A model generated the notes under the pieces. That model searched no databases. It was not told the origin of the DNA and saw only the letters and a program-made list of their open reading frames with translations. Below, piece after piece: positions 27,694 through 37,636 of a stretch of DNA of 64,000 nucleotides. Source of the stretch: Dehalococcoidia bacterium (lineage in GTDB: Bacteria > Chloroflexota > Dehalococcoidia > Plut-88900); the NCBI GenBank assembly GCA_965249275.1, contig CBDFLQ010000007.1, forward strand, positions 57,912 to 121,911, written 5' to 3'. Numbering within the stretch: position 1 is the stretch's first letter; every line of letters begins with the position of its first letter. Position numbers and translations under genes: made by a program.

Positions 27694-28166
27694 GGGTGAG
27701 CCTCCCCCATCAGCTGGTCCAGTCGTTCGTCGCTTATCCCGAAGAAGTGGCCGACCTCGTGGATTACCGTCTGTCGGACCTGCTCCTCCACTTCCTCGTC
27801 GGTCTCACAAATCGCTTCTATGGGCCTCTGGAAGATGAATATCCGGTCGGGTTGGCCGCCGGTGTGAAAGACGCTGCGTTCCGTCAGAGGAATGCCGTCG
27901 TAGAGGCCGAGTAGCTCCAACGGATGGTCGAGCCCGACAGAATAAAGCTGCTCGTCAGACGGGTAGTCCTTGATGACGCGGGCCACGTTGCCTTCGCCGA
28001 GGATTTCGGCAAACTCGGTTGGAAGGCTAGCCAGGGCCTTTTCCACCAGCTCGTCAAACCGGCTATGCTCGATGATATCGCCTCCAGGGGTCGGGTCCGA
28101 GGCCATTATAAGCGGTGCCGACATGCAAAGTTCAGGATGAGTCGGACTGTTGAGAGGTGGGGGCAC
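27690..28166 (-). CDS. Zincin-like metallopeptidase-family protein (HExxH)
   Basis: It reads ...TVIHEVGHFFGISDERLDQL and resembles the PF06262 family. There is a 4-nt overlap with the downstream EEP gene. The true start may be an internal ATG (28124 or 28106). Confidence 0.65.
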   Translation of the reverse strand: MPPPLNSPTHPELCMSAPLIMASDPTPGGDIIEHSRFDELVEKALASLPTEFAEILGEGNVARVIKDYPSDEQLYSVGLDHPLELLGLYDGIPLTERSVFHTGGQPDRIFIFQRPIEAICETDEEVEEQVRQTVIHEVGHFFGISDERLDQLMGEAHP

Positions 28167-28222
28167 TAGGCATTACACTGTATCGTCGATAGGCTACCTA
28201 ACTAAGGGGAGCGACAACGACA

Positions 28223-28432
28223 ATGGCGGCTTCACAGGGATTGTCGTGCACCAAATGTGGGCACTCCCGGTTTGAGGTCGATGAAATCCGGACCACCGTT
28301 AAGATTTCCAGGTTCTTGAACATACAACACAAGAAGTTTACAGCTATAGTTTGCACCGGTTGCGGCTACACCGAGCTCTATAGAGGCGACACCTCCAGAC
28401 TGGCCGATGTGCTGGACTTCCTGGCAGCCTAA
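28223..28432 (+). CDS. Zinc-ribbon domain protein (DUF2082-like)
   Basis: 69 aa with CTKCGH...CTGCGYTELY. Confidence 0.6.
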   Translation: MAASQGLSCTKCGHSRFEVDEIRTTVKISRFLNIQHKKFTAIVCTGCGYTELYRGDTSRLADVLDFLAA

Positions 28433-28453
28433 CCAAGACCACGGGAGAATTAC

Positions 28454-30154
28454 ATGACCATAGGCCACGAAATGATCGCCGATGTGCTCCAGGAAGCAGG
28501 CATCGAATACGTTTTCGGAATACCTGGCGGAAGCACCGGCGCCATCTACGATTCCCTATATAGCAGACCGGGTGTCAAGGCGATTCTCGCCCGGCACGAG
28601 CAGGGCGCTGCCATCATGGCCGACGCCTATGGCCGCGCCACTGGCCGACCCGCAGTGGTCATGGGCCAGGGCCTCTTTATCGGCTCAAATGCGTCCTTCG
28701 GCATCATGGAGGCCCAGCTAAGCAGCTCTCCCATGGTAGTCCTCACCGACACCTCAGACGGGGACATGGCCCAGCACCCGGCCAACCAGTCGGGGTCGGG
28801 GGAATACGGCAGCATTGACCTGTTGGCCATCTTTCGCTCCATGTCGAAATACACAACCCTTGCCACGACTCCCAAGGAGGCCGTAATAGGGCTTCAGCTG
28901 GCGATGAAGCATTCACTAAGCGGGAGGCCGGGGCCCGGGGTGGTGCTCATGCGCAGCCGGGCGCTTGTGGGGGAGGTGGACGTCGAGTCCGCACCCTTCA
29001 TCCACCCGACCCGGGGCTATTTGAACACCAAGCCCTCCGTGGCTCGCCCCGAAGACGTGGAAAGGACAGCGTCCCTCCTCGCCGAGGCCAAGTTCCCGGT
29101 CATAGTAGCGGGCAACGGCGTCCACATGGCGAACGGCCATTCACAGTTGCAGCGCCTCGCCGAGATGCTGGGAGCGGGAGTCGCTACATCCTACAAGGGA
29201 AAAAGCACCCTCCCCGAGACCCATTCCCAGGCCCTCGGCATGGTGGGCCAGTATGGACAGCAGGCCGCCAACACCGCAGTGGGCCGTGCCGATGTTGTGC
29301 TGGTGGTCGGGGCCAAGCTCTCCAGCCAGGAGACCGTCGGAGAGACACCGTCCCTTTTCAACCCTAAGAGGCAGACAATCATCCAGATCGACGTTGAGGA
29401 ACGTAACGCCGGCTGGTCCTTCCCCATTGACATTGGACTGATCGGGGACGCCAAAGAGGTAATGGCCCAGATCATCGAGGCTCTTGACGGCAGAGAACCA
29501 GACACAAGTCAGAGAGTCAAAGGCCTCGCCGCTCTGAAGAAGCAGGCCTCCTACTACAACGACCCTGAGCTTTTCATGGACTCGTCTCCCGTTATGCCCC
29601 AACGTCTCGTTCGTCTGCTGCAGGAGACCCTGGACCCCTCGACAATTATCAGTCTGGACGCGGGCAACAACAGGGTCTGGATGTGTCATCACTTCCAGTC
29701 TCAGAGAGCCAAGACCATTTACGCTCCCGGCGGTATGGCGGGGATGGGCTGGAGCCTGCCTGCGGCCCTCGCGCTCAAGCTTGTCCACCCCGACAGGCCT
29801 GTCGTCGGGGTCACGGGGGACGGGGGCTTCATGATGTCCGTCCACGCACTTTCGACCGCCGTCCAGTACAATCTTCCCGTTGTCTACGTGGTGCTGAATG
29901 ACTCCTCTTTGGGGATGGTGAGACACCATCAAGGCGAAAAGAGTATCTCCTCGGAGTTTGCAAAGACCGATCACGGGGCCATATGCCGCTCGATGGGCGG
30001 CTACGGCGTCCAGGTCAGCGATTCCAGGCAGGTACCCGACGCGCTGAGAGAGGCCTTTGCCTCGGGCAAACCCGCCGTCGTAGACGTACTGATCGACCGA
30101 GGCCCCAACCCCGACGACTTCCGGGCCACGGCCCGGAGGCTTACGGATACTTAG
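28454..30154 (+). CDS. Thiamine-diphosphate-dependent enzyme (acetolactate-synthase-like large subunit family)
   Basis: 566 aa. It has three-domain TPP enzyme architecture and a GDGGFMM...NDSSLG TPP-binding motif. Confidence 0.85.
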   Translation: MTIGHEMIADVLQEAGIEYVFGIPGGSTGAIYDSLYSRPGVKAILARHEQGAAIMADAYGRATGRPAVVMGQGLFIGSNASFGIMEAQLSSSPMVVLTDTSDGDMAQHPANQSGSGEYGSIDLLAIFRSMSKYTTLATTPKEAVIGLQLAMKHSLSGRPGPGVVLMRSRALVGEVDVESAPFIHPTRGYLNTKPSVARPEDVERTASLLAEAKFPVIVAGNGVHMANGHSQLQRLAEMLGAGVATSYKGKSTLPETHSQALGMVGQYGQQAANTAVGRADVVLVVGAKLSSQETVGETPSLFNPKRQTIIQIDVEERNAGWSFPIDIGLIGDAKEVMAQIIEALDGREPDTSQRVKGLAALKKQASYYNDPELFMDSSPVMPQRLVRLLQETLDPSTIISLDAGNNRVWMCHHFQSQRAKTIYAPGGMAGMGWSLPAALALKLVHPDRPVVGVTGDGGFMMSVHALSTAVQYNLPVVYVVLNDSSLGMVRHHQGEKSISSEFAKTDHGAICRSMGGYGVQVSDSRQVPDALREAFASGKPAVVDVLIDRGPNPDDFRATARRLTDT

Positions 30155-30192
30155 ACCCTTGATCCAATAGCACCCTACGAATTGTATAAATT

Positions 30193-31734
30193 ATGACTAA
30201 AGACTTCGACGCGATAATCATCGGTGGAGGCCACAATGGCCTCGTAGCCTCAGCTTACATGGCCAAAGCAGGAATGAGTGTCCTGGTGCTCGAGCGCCGA
30301 CACATGGTCGGCGGCGCATGTGTCACCGAGGAACTAATCCCCGGCTTCCAGTTCTCTTCATGTGCCTACCTTTCGTGGCTCCTTCAGCCCAAGGTCGTCA
30401 AGGACATGGAGCTTCACAAGCATGGTCTCGAGTTGTACAGGCTCGACCCCCACTCCGCCCGGCCCTTCCCGGACGGGAGCGGCATGCTGTTCTGGGACGA
30501 CGAGGAGCGGACTAAAGAGTCTGTCGGCAGAATCAGTCCGGGAGACGTCGAAGGGTACAGGGCGTGGTCGGAGTTCTGGGACAAAGCAGCCGAAATCATG
30601 CAGCCGTACATGCTCCAGCCGCCGCCCACCATGGAAGAAGTCGTGGAGCGTGTACGAGGCACCGAGCACGAGGATGTCCTCAATACCCTTGTCACGGTCA
30701 GCATGGGCGAGCTTCTGGACCGCTATTTCGAGTCGGAGAAGATCAAGTCCTGTATGGTTTATTCCCCCGACCCCCGGGGCCTTTGGGTCGTCGGCAACGC
30801 TCTTCCGTCCGCGTACTACGCCTGCAACCGCTACGTGGACCCCGCGGACACCGGACTGCCGAGGGGAGGCATGGGCGGCCTCACCCGTGCGATGGCTGCT
30901 TCAGCACGTTCCAGTGGGGTCTCCATACGGACCTCGGCCAAGGTAAAGAAGGTGATCATTAGGGAAGGCAAGGCTATAGGTGTAGAACTCGAGGACGAGG
31001 AGCAGATCGAAAGCGCGATAGTAGTATCCAACGCCGACCCCTTCCAAACTTTCCGCCATCTTGTCGGCCTCGAGAATCTTGATTCCGCCTTCTCAGATGC
31101 TCTGTCCAAGGCCAAGACCAACTTGACCCACCTGAAATTCCACTGTGCGCTGCGGGAAGCCCCCGACTTCTCTCGCCACTTCCCTGACCAGGAGTCGAAC
31201 AAATACATGGGTATGATGGACATATGCCCATCGCCTGAATACTTCCAGAACAGCTGCCGGGACACTGCAGAAGGCCGCTTCACCGATTCCCCTATTCTCG
31301 AGTTTCAAGTTCCTACTGTACTCGACGACTCCCTTGCACCGAATGGCAATCACATACTCTCGGCCTTCATCTTACACGCCCCCCGTGTGTTGGCCTCCGG
31401 GTCCTGGGACGACGCCCGGGAGGAGACCGCCGAGAAACTAATCGATAAGATCACTGAGTACGCTCCTAACTTCCGAGACGCGGTCATAGACTGGCGGCTG
31501 ATCACGCCTGACGACATGGAGAGCAGGGTCGGCCTGACGAACGGCAATATCCATCACCTGGACCTGGTGGATTCCCAGATGCTCTCCAACCGCCCCCTTC
31601 CCGGCTGGTCCGACTACCGGACGCCGATTGAGGGACTATATCTCTGCGGGGCCGGGACCCATCCAGGCGGTGAAGTCACGGGGGCCCCGGGGCACAACGC
31701 GGCTCACCAAGTTTTGAAAGACTGGGCCTCCTGA
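30193..31734 (+). CDS. FAD-dependent oxidoreductase (phytoene-desaturase-like, COG1233)
   Basis: 513 aa. The dinucleotide-binding N-terminus is DAIIIGGGHNGLVASAYMAKAGMSVLVLERRHMVGGA. Confidence 0.8.
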   Translation: MTKDFDAIIIGGGHNGLVASAYMAKAGMSVLVLERRHMVGGACVTEELIPGFQFSSCAYLSWLLQPKVVKDMELHKHGLELYRLDPHSARPFPDGSGMLFWDDEERTKESVGRISPGDVEGYRAWSEFWDKAAEIMQPYMLQPPPTMEEVVERVRGTEHEDVLNTLVTVSMGELLDRYFESEKIKSCMVYSPDPRGLWVVGNALPSAYYACNRYVDPADTGLPRGGMGGLTRAMAASARSSGVSIRTSAKVKKVIIREGKAIGVELEDEEQIESAIVVSNADPFQTFRHLVGLENLDSAFSDALSKAKTNLTHLKFHCALREAPDFSRHFPDQESNKYMGMMDICPSPEYFQNSCRDTAEGRFTDSPILEFQVPTVLDDSLAPNGNHILSAFILHAPRVLASGSWDDAREETAEKLIDKITEYAPNFRDAVIDWRLITPDDMESRVGLTNGNIHHLDLVDSQMLSNRPLPGWSDYRTPIEGLYLCGAGTHPGGEVTGAPGHNAAHQVLKDWAS

Positions 31735-31774
31735 CCGAGGCCGGACAATTTTGATGAAACGGAGACCTAGCTAG

Positions 31775-32905
31775 ATGGCCAGAAACGGGTTCAAAGTGTT
31801 GGACAGCGACATGCACGTCATGGAGCCTTCCGACCTGTGGCAGACCTACACCGATGCCAAATTCCGAGACCGCGCACCAGTATTCCGCGGCGTGGAAACG
31901 AGCCACGGGTTCACCAACAAGTGGATAGTCGAGGGTAGGATTTTCCCTGCTCATTCCGACAGGAAACCTCGGACAGAGGTACTTGCCGGTCGGCACGAGG
32001 CGATAACAGACAGGTTCGCCAAGGCACGGGCCGCCAAGTTCGACAACGTCACCCAGTTGGAAGCCCTCAAGGTTGAAGGTATCGACATAGCGGTGCTGTT
32101 CCGCACATTCGGGGCTCACGTTATTGCCCTCGACGGTCTGGACCCCGACCTCGCCCTCGCCATCTGCGCCGCCTTCAACGACTGGCTCCATGACTTCTGC
32201 TCCGCCGACCCGTCTCGGCTTAAAAGCGCTGCCCAGATGCCCATGCACGACGTCGAGAAGGCCACCCAGGAGGCCCGCCGCGCCGTAAAAGAGCTGGGCA
32301 TGGTGGCGCTCGTTCTACCCTCCAACCCGGTCAATGACAGGCCCTGGTACGACCCCTACTATGACCCGTTCTGGCAAGAAGCCGAGTCATTGGGAGTGCC
32401 GGTCTGCTTCCACGGCATTCAGGGGGCCTATCAACAGCACATCGGGACCCGGTTCCTGGATTCCTTCGTCATAGCCCACGCCGCCACACACCCTTTGGAG
32501 TTGATGATGGACGTGGGCAGCATGATTGGTGGAGGTGTGCTGGAGCGGTTCCCGACCCTCAAGGCAGGGTTCCTCGAAGGCAACTGCAGCTGGCTTCCCT
32601 GGTGGCTCTGGCGGCTGGACGAGGAGTGGGAAACCTTCGGCCCGTGGGAGAGGACAAAGCTCCAGGGCCCGCCCTCCGAATACTTCCGACGCCAGAGCTT
32701 CATCTCCGTGGACGTGGACGAGTTCATGGTCAAGAACGTCATCGAGACTGTCGGGGACGACAACCTTGTCCTTTCCACTGACTACCCCCACCACGACTCC
32801 AAGTATCCCGATGCCCTGGCCACCTTCCTGGAGATGGACGTCGTCCCCGAACCTTCGAGGAAGAAGATCCTCTGGGACAACTGCGCCAGGCTCTACGGCA
32901 TATAA
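31775..32905 (+). CDS. Amidohydrolase-2 family protein
   Basis: 376 aa with VLDSDMHVMEP...STDYPHHD motifs. Confidence 0.8.
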   Translation: MARNGFKVLDSDMHVMEPSDLWQTYTDAKFRDRAPVFRGVETSHGFTNKWIVEGRIFPAHSDRKPRTEVLAGRHEAITDRFAKARAAKFDNVTQLEALKVEGIDIAVLFRTFGAHVIALDGLDPDLALAICAAFNDWLHDFCSADPSRLKSAAQMPMHDVEKATQEARRAVKELGMVALVLPSNPVNDRPWYDPYYDPFWQEAESLGVPVCFHGIQGAYQQHIGTRFLDSFVIAHAATHPLELMMDVGSMIGGGVLERFPTLKAGFLEGNCSWLPWWLWRLDEEWETFGPWERTKLQGPPSEYFRRQSFISVDVDEFMVKNVIETVGDDNLVLSTDYPHHDSKYPDALATFLEMDVVPEPSRKKILWDNCARLYGI

Positions 32906-32949
32906 ACGTTTTACATAATCACATCGACATTGACATAAGAGAGGCATAA

Positions 32950-34107
32950 ATGGACATCGACAAGATCAGGTCGCAAATTCCCGTCTGTAGCAACCTTACC
33001 TACCTGAACACCGGTTGGTCGGGCCCGTCTCCCGAGCCGGTCCTCGACGCCATCAAGGCTAGGATCGACTACGAGTCGGCGGAAGGGCCTGTCAGCAAGC
33101 CGGTTCTTGAGTCCGGCCACGAAATCGAGGACGGCACCCGGCAGGCCGTGGCAGGCCTCCTGAACGTCGCCCCGGACGAGCTTGCGTTGACCCAGAACAC
33201 CACCGAGGGCCTGAACATGGTGATGGCCGGCTTCCCCTGGCAGGAAGGCGACGAGATCATCACATTCGACATCGAGCACCTGTCCGTAATGATCCCATGC
33301 CTCTACGCAGAGAAAAGGCACGGGGTGAAGGTGCGGGTAGTCGAGTTGGGCACCAACGATGAATGGGACACGATCCTGAGCAAAGTCGAGGCGCAGATGA
33401 GTCCCCGCACTCGGATGATCGCCTTCAGCCACATCCAGTTTTCCTGTGGCCTGCGCATGCCCCTGGAGGGAATCCGCTCCCTGACCAAGGATAAGGGCAT
33501 CTACATGCTGGTAGACGGGGCCCAGACCCCGGGCCACATCGCCCTTGACCTTTCAGGATCGGGCGTGGACTTCTACTTGACTCCCGGCCACAAGTGGATG
33601 CTCGGGCCGGAGGGCACAGGCGCTCTGTTTATCAGGCGAGACCACATAGAGATGATCAATCCCTCCTACGTCGGGCACAGCGCCGTCAACACTGAGAAAA
33701 AGCCCCTTGAATTCGAACTTTCCGGGATGAACAAGTTCAAAGTCAGCACCACCAGCGCAGCCCTGGCAGCGGGTTACGGAGCCGCCATCGGCTTCATCAA
33801 CGACGCCGGCCCCACAGAGATCGAGGCCCGTAACATCGCCCTGTCCAGCTATCTGAAGGCCAAACTGCTGGAGCGTGGCGGCTACGATGTTCTCTCGCCG
33901 CTGGAAGGCCCGGGACTCTGCGGTCTCACTTCCTTCCGCGCCGAGGGCGCGACATCCCAGGAGATTGTAGATCGGTTGTGGGAAGACCACAGGATCGTGG
34001 CCCGGTCGGTGGGCGGTGTGGATTGTGTCCGAATCTCCTCCGACTTCTACAACACGGAAGAAGAGCTCGACCGGCTCATGGAGGCGCTCTCGGCTATCGT
34101 AGCCTAG
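32950..34107 (+). CDS. Class-V aminotransferase / cysteine-desulfurase-like PLP enzyme
   Basis: 385 aa. It has a GHKW PLP-lysine context and overall family resemblance. Confidence 0.8.
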   Translation: MDIDKIRSQIPVCSNLTYLNTGWSGPSPEPVLDAIKARIDYESAEGPVSKPVLESGHEIEDGTRQAVAGLLNVAPDELALTQNTTEGLNMVMAGFPWQEGDEIITFDIEHLSVMIPCLYAEKRHGVKVRVVELGTNDEWDTILSKVEAQMSPRTRMIAFSHIQFSCGLRMPLEGIRSLTKDKGIYMLVDGAQTPGHIALDLSGSGVDFYLTPGHKWMLGPEGTGALFIRRDHIEMINPSYVGHSAVNTEKKPLEFELSGMNKFKVSTTSAALAAGYGAAIGFINDAGPTEIEARNIALSSYLKAKLLERGGYDVLSPLEGPGLCGLTSFRAEGATSQEIVDRLWEDHRIVARSVGGVDCVRISSDFYNTEEELDRLMEALSAIVA

Positions 34108-35369
34108 GCTGTCAGCCTGCGCTCGACCAACCGGCCCCGCTTAAAGACGGCCGCCACGTCCGCCAACGCGGATGGATTCTTGCTAGGGTTGCCGTTCGCC
34201 ACCAGGACGTCTGCCTGCTTCCCTGCCTCCAGGGTCCCGACTCTGTCGGAGATTCTGAGAGCCCTTGCCGCTTCGCTGGTTCCCGACATCAAGGCTTCCA
34301 TGGGGGTCAGCCCTGCCTTGGCTAAAGCCTCGATTTCCCGGGAAAAGTAACCGAACGGATATGCGCCCCAGCCGCAGTCGGAACCTGCCACGAACTTGGC
34401 CCCCATTTCCCGTAGGCGGCTGCACTCGTCTATGCGTTCCTGCACGGCTCGCTCGCCCTTGACCACTTCCTGCTTGTCCTCGTCGGTGAGTTCCTGGGCC
34501 TCGGCCTTCTCCCTCAGCAGCCTGAGCCTCGACTGCCACATAGCGAGGGTTGGGTTGTTCCAAACACCCTTGGATACCAGCTTCTCGGCCACCGCTTCAT
34601 TGAATTGGTAACTCTCGTCGGGATTGGCAAATACGCAATGTGCGATCATGGAAAATCCGGCGTCGACGGCCATCTCTATCCCCGCCGAGCATCGCGCATG
34701 TCCAAAGGTGGGCACGCCCTTCTCTCTCGCCGCGCCCGTAATGGCTTCCAGCTCTTCCAAACGGAAAGCTGCAGCGTAGGGTCGGGTCCCGAGGGTGCTC
34801 CCTCCGGTGGTCATTGCCTTCAGGAAGTCTGCGCCCGCATTCAGGTGCTCCTGGGCCTTGGCCCGTGCCTCCTCGGGCCCTGAGACCTCGGAGCCCATAA
34901 ACCAGCAGTGCCCCCTGCGGATGGTGATGGGGTTGCCGCAGGCCAGCACGTCTGCCCCTATTACCGTTCCCTTCTCCAACGCAGCTTTCAACCGGAACCC
35001 GAGGTCATTCCACGCCCCGAGGTCGCACACGGTAGTGACCCCGGTTTCCAGAGCTATGCGCACGTTCCTGAATGAACGGGTCAGGCGAATCTCGTCGTCA
35101 TCCTCTGCGTTGACGTCCTCGCCCTTGCGGCTGTTACCGGGCATGTTGGTGTGGGTGTGGCAGTCGATGAGTCCGGGAACGATTGATGCTCCAGGGTATT
35201 CGAGCACGGGCCCCAAGACCGCGTCTTTGGCCTGGGCCTTCGGAATTACCCCTTTGATCAGCCCATCTTCAAGAACGAGGGCCGACCTCTCGTCAGCATC
35301 CCCTCCCAGGCCGTCGATGATCCTGTCGGCTATGAGGATTGATGTCCCGGATCCGTCGTGTTCAGGCAA
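34104..35369 (-). CDS. Amidohydrolase (metal-dependent, imidazolonepropionase-like superfamily)
   Basis: 421 aa. It has a GLIDCHTHTN HxH motif and a C-terminal ...GTLEAGKQADVLV motif. Confidence 0.8.
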   Translation of the reverse strand: MPEHDGSGTSILIADRIIDGLGGDADERSALVLEDGLIKGVIPKAQAKDAVLGPVLEYPGASIVPGLIDCHTHTNMPGNSRKGEDVNAEDDDEIRLTRSFRNVRIALETGVTTVCDLGAWNDLGFRLKAALEKGTVIGADVLACGNPITIRRGHCWFMGSEVSGPEEARAKAQEHLNAGADFLKAMTTGGSTLGTRPYAAAFRLEELEAITGAAREKGVPTFGHARCSAGIEMAVDAGFSMIAHCVFANPDESYQFNEAVAEKLVSKGVWNNPTLAMWQSRLRLLREKAEAQELTDEDKQEVVKGERAVQERIDECSRLREMGAKFVAGSDCGWGAYPFGYFSREIEALAKAGLTPMEALMSGTSEAARALRISDRVGTLEAGKQADVLVANGNPSKNPSALADVAAVFKRGRLVERRLTA

Positions 35370-35401
35370 AAGATGCTCCCTTCGGAGAATTCTGCTGGGC
35401 G

Positions 35402-35560
35402 CTAGTCCTGCTCATTCTGCATTTGCCGGTTCTTTGCAGCGTTCATTTGCCACTGCCGATCCTGGAGCCATAATATCACCACGGCTGTGGCGGCCACCCC
35501 GACGACTGATAGCGTAATAAACCCAATAGATGCCAAGAAATATAAGATCAATTTGCCCAT
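35402..35560 (-). CDS. Small single-TM membrane protein (52 aa), hypothetical
   Basis: Below the track cutoff. GGGAGG (35568-35573) precedes the ATG at 35560. The translation is MGKLILYFLASIGFITLSVVGVAATAVVILWLQDRQWQMNAAKNRQMQNEQD. Confidence 0.5.
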   Translation of the reverse strand: MGKLILYFLASIGFITLSVVGVAATAVVILWLQDRQWQMNAAKNRQMQNEQD

Positions 35561-35624
35561 GCTATTACCTCCCGGAGACCCCGCGGCACTAGGGCCTATT
35601 GCAGCATCCCGGCCGTTGAAATGA

Positions 35625-35699
35625 TGGTCGGGGTGGCCGGATTTGAACCGGCGACCTCATGGTCCCAAACCATGCGCGCTACCCCTGCGCTACACCCCG
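35625..35699 (-). tRNA. tRNA-Pro (anticodon UGG), CCA encoded
   Basis: I folded CGGGGTG-TA-GCGC-AGGGGTA-GCGC-G-CATGG-TTTGGGA-CCATG-AGGTC-GCCGG-TTCAAAT-CCGGC-CACCCCG-A-CCA by hand as a cloverleaf. Confidence 0.93.
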
Positions 35700-35818
35700 A
35701 TGGTCAAATCATATTCCGGGCCCGTATGCCGGTCAAGGAAAACGGCTCGGCACACGGCTCCGGAATGGACAATCCCCACCCCCCAAACTAGACTTCCCAC
35801 CTGCCCGGAGATATTTCC

Positions 35819-35956
35819 ATGAACAACCGTAAGACGATATTGCTGATAGGGGCCTTTCTACTCGCAGCAGGCCTGAGCCTCTTGGCCCGACTGCTTGACG
35901 ATAGGAAGAAGGCCCGCACCCCTGAATCGGGACCTGGTCCCGATTCAGACGGATAA
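35819..35956 (+). CDS. Possible small single-TM protein (45 aa), hypothetical
   Basis: GGAG lies about 6 nt upstream of the ATG. The translation is MNNRKTILLIGAFLLAAGLSLLARLLDDRKKARTPESGPGPDSDG. It overlaps the convergent permease stop by 12 nt. Confidence 0.3.
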   Translation: MNNRKTILLIGAFLLAAGLSLLARLLDDRKKARTPESGPGPDSDG

Positions 35957-36664
35957 GTCCCTGCGGGCGAATATCGCCAGCGCCGCTAGGTGCCCCCCTA
36001 CTACGATTCCCCCCAGAATCCCTATTCCCATCCAGTCTACAGTCCCGCTGTGCAGCAGTTCGGACGGGTCGTAGTAGTGGAAGATGGATACGGACGCTAG
36101 CCACTTCAGCCCCTCGTAACCCGACCCTATCACCTCGGCCAGGTAGGCAATGAAGGTTATGACGGCGGCGAGGGCCAGGGCGGTTCTCTGGTTCGAGCAC
36201 ATTGCAGAGGCAATCAGCGTGTAGCTGAAGACCGTCATCACCAGCAGATAACCCACTGCGGTTGAAAGGGCCAGACGCTCAATTCTGATATCCGCCTCGA
36301 TTACGGCCACTGCCAACGCGCTTGAGGCCCAACCGACAAAAGCCAACCCTGCGACAGCCAGCGCAAAGAACATGGACTTCCCGAGAGCCGTGTGTCGGCG
36401 GCGCAGCGGCAGGGTGCCGAGCGTCAACAGCATGTTGTCTCTCTGGTTGTTGGACAGGCAGCCGGACGAGAAAATCAGGGCATAGACTACGAGATAGAAA
36501 ACAAGGGAGCCTGTCGCGGGCATGGGTAGATGAGCCGGACCGTATGCGGGCATCTCCGGGTCCCAGAAAACCGAGAGCGCTCCTAATACGAACAGTGCCA
36601 GGGCCCACGAGACCAGAGCCAATCGACTCATCTTGAAATGGAGATGCAGAAGACGGCTGGTCAT
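35945..36664 (-). CDS. ABC-2-type transporter permease
   Basis: 239 aa with about 6 TM helices. There is a 4-nt overlap with the upstream ABC ATPase gene. Confidence 0.7.
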   Translation of the reverse strand: MTSRLLHLHFKMSRLALVSWALALFVLGALSVFWDPEMPAYGPAHLPMPATGSLVFYLVVYALIFSSGCLSNNQRDNMLLTLGTLPLRRRHTALGKSMFFALAVAGLAFVGWASSALAVAVIEADIRIERLALSTAVGYLLVMTVFSYTLIASAMCSNQRTALALAAVITFIAYLAEVIGSGYEGLKWLASVSIFHYYDPSELLHSGTVDWMGIGILGGIVVGGHLAALAIFARRDLSV

Positions 36665-37569
36665 ACGTACGGGCCCGGGCCATAGCCCTTCATCATGTCC
36701 ATCAGTATGTTCTCAACCGCATTGTCAATGACCTCGACGTCCTCCACGGAGTACTTGCCGAGCCTCTTTAGCAGGCTTCCCGCCTCCCCGTCCAGCGTTA
36801 CCACCCACTCCCTGCCGTTGCGGCTGACCACCGACATGTTGTGAGTGATGATGTCCTGGAGCTCTACGTCTTCCCGAAAAATGATCTTCACCCGCTTGCC
36901 GAGCTTCCGGTTCAACGTGGGCATTTCCCGGATGAAGTTCATATCGCCGTTAACGAGCGTGCCCACTCTATCGCTGACCTTGGCAGCCGTACGCGGTGAA
37001 TCGGTCGAGATGACGATGGTCGTGCCTTTTCGCCTCTCCTCATCTACCAGGTCGTACATTACACGTTGAGAGGACTCGTCCAGGTTGTGAAAAGGGCTGT
37101 CCAGGAGAAGTATGGGTGGATTGTGCTGGAGAGCCAGCGCCCACTCCAGCCGCACCATCTCACCCCGTGAACAGTTGCCAATCTTCTCAGATTCGTTGAT
37201 CTTAAGCCGCTCCACCAATTCTTGGCGCCTGGGGGCCCCTGCCTTTCGGGCTGTGGCGCTCAAGTCCATATATTCCCGCCCCGTTAGGTCTGGGTGGAAC
37301 CGTTGGTCGCCGAATACACACCCGACCCTCTCCCTGATGTGGTCGGACTCCGATGCGCAATCGTAGCCCAGGACTTCCGCCGTGCCACGAGTGGGCCGTT
37401 TCAAGCCCAGGAGGATGTGCATTAACGTTGTCCTCCCGGAGCCGCTCGGCCCCAGGATAGCAAAGGTCTCACCTTCACCGACTTCGAAATATACGCTCTC
37501 CAGCGCCACGGCGTTGCCGTAGTGCTTGGTGAGGTCGGTTACCTGGATGAAGCGCTCTTTCCTGAACAT
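36661..37569 (-). CDS. ABC transporter ATP-binding protein
   Basis: 302 aa. Walker A is GPSGSGRTT, the signature is CSRGEMVR, and Walker B is ILLLDSPF. It has an extra C-terminal domain. Confidence 0.88.
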   Translation of the reverse strand: MFRKERFIQVTDLTKHYGNAVALESVYFEVGEGETFAILGPSGSGRTTLMHILLGLKRPTRGTAEVLGYDCASESDHIRERVGCVFGDQRFHPDLTGREYMDLSATARKAGAPRRQELVERLKINESEKIGNCSRGEMVRLEWALALQHNPPILLLDSPFHNLDESSQRVMYDLVDEERRKGTTIVISTDSPRTAAKVSDRVGTLVNGDMNFIREMPTLNRKLGKRVKIIFREDVELQDIITHNMSVVSRNGREWVVTLDGEAGSLLKRLGKYSVEDVEVIDNAVENILMDMMKGYGPGPYV

Positions 37570-37636
37570 GCCCGCGCGATTTTACCCCTTTTGTCCTTCC
37601 CCCGCCCCTCCCGGCCCCACCCGATTTGCCGGTCTT

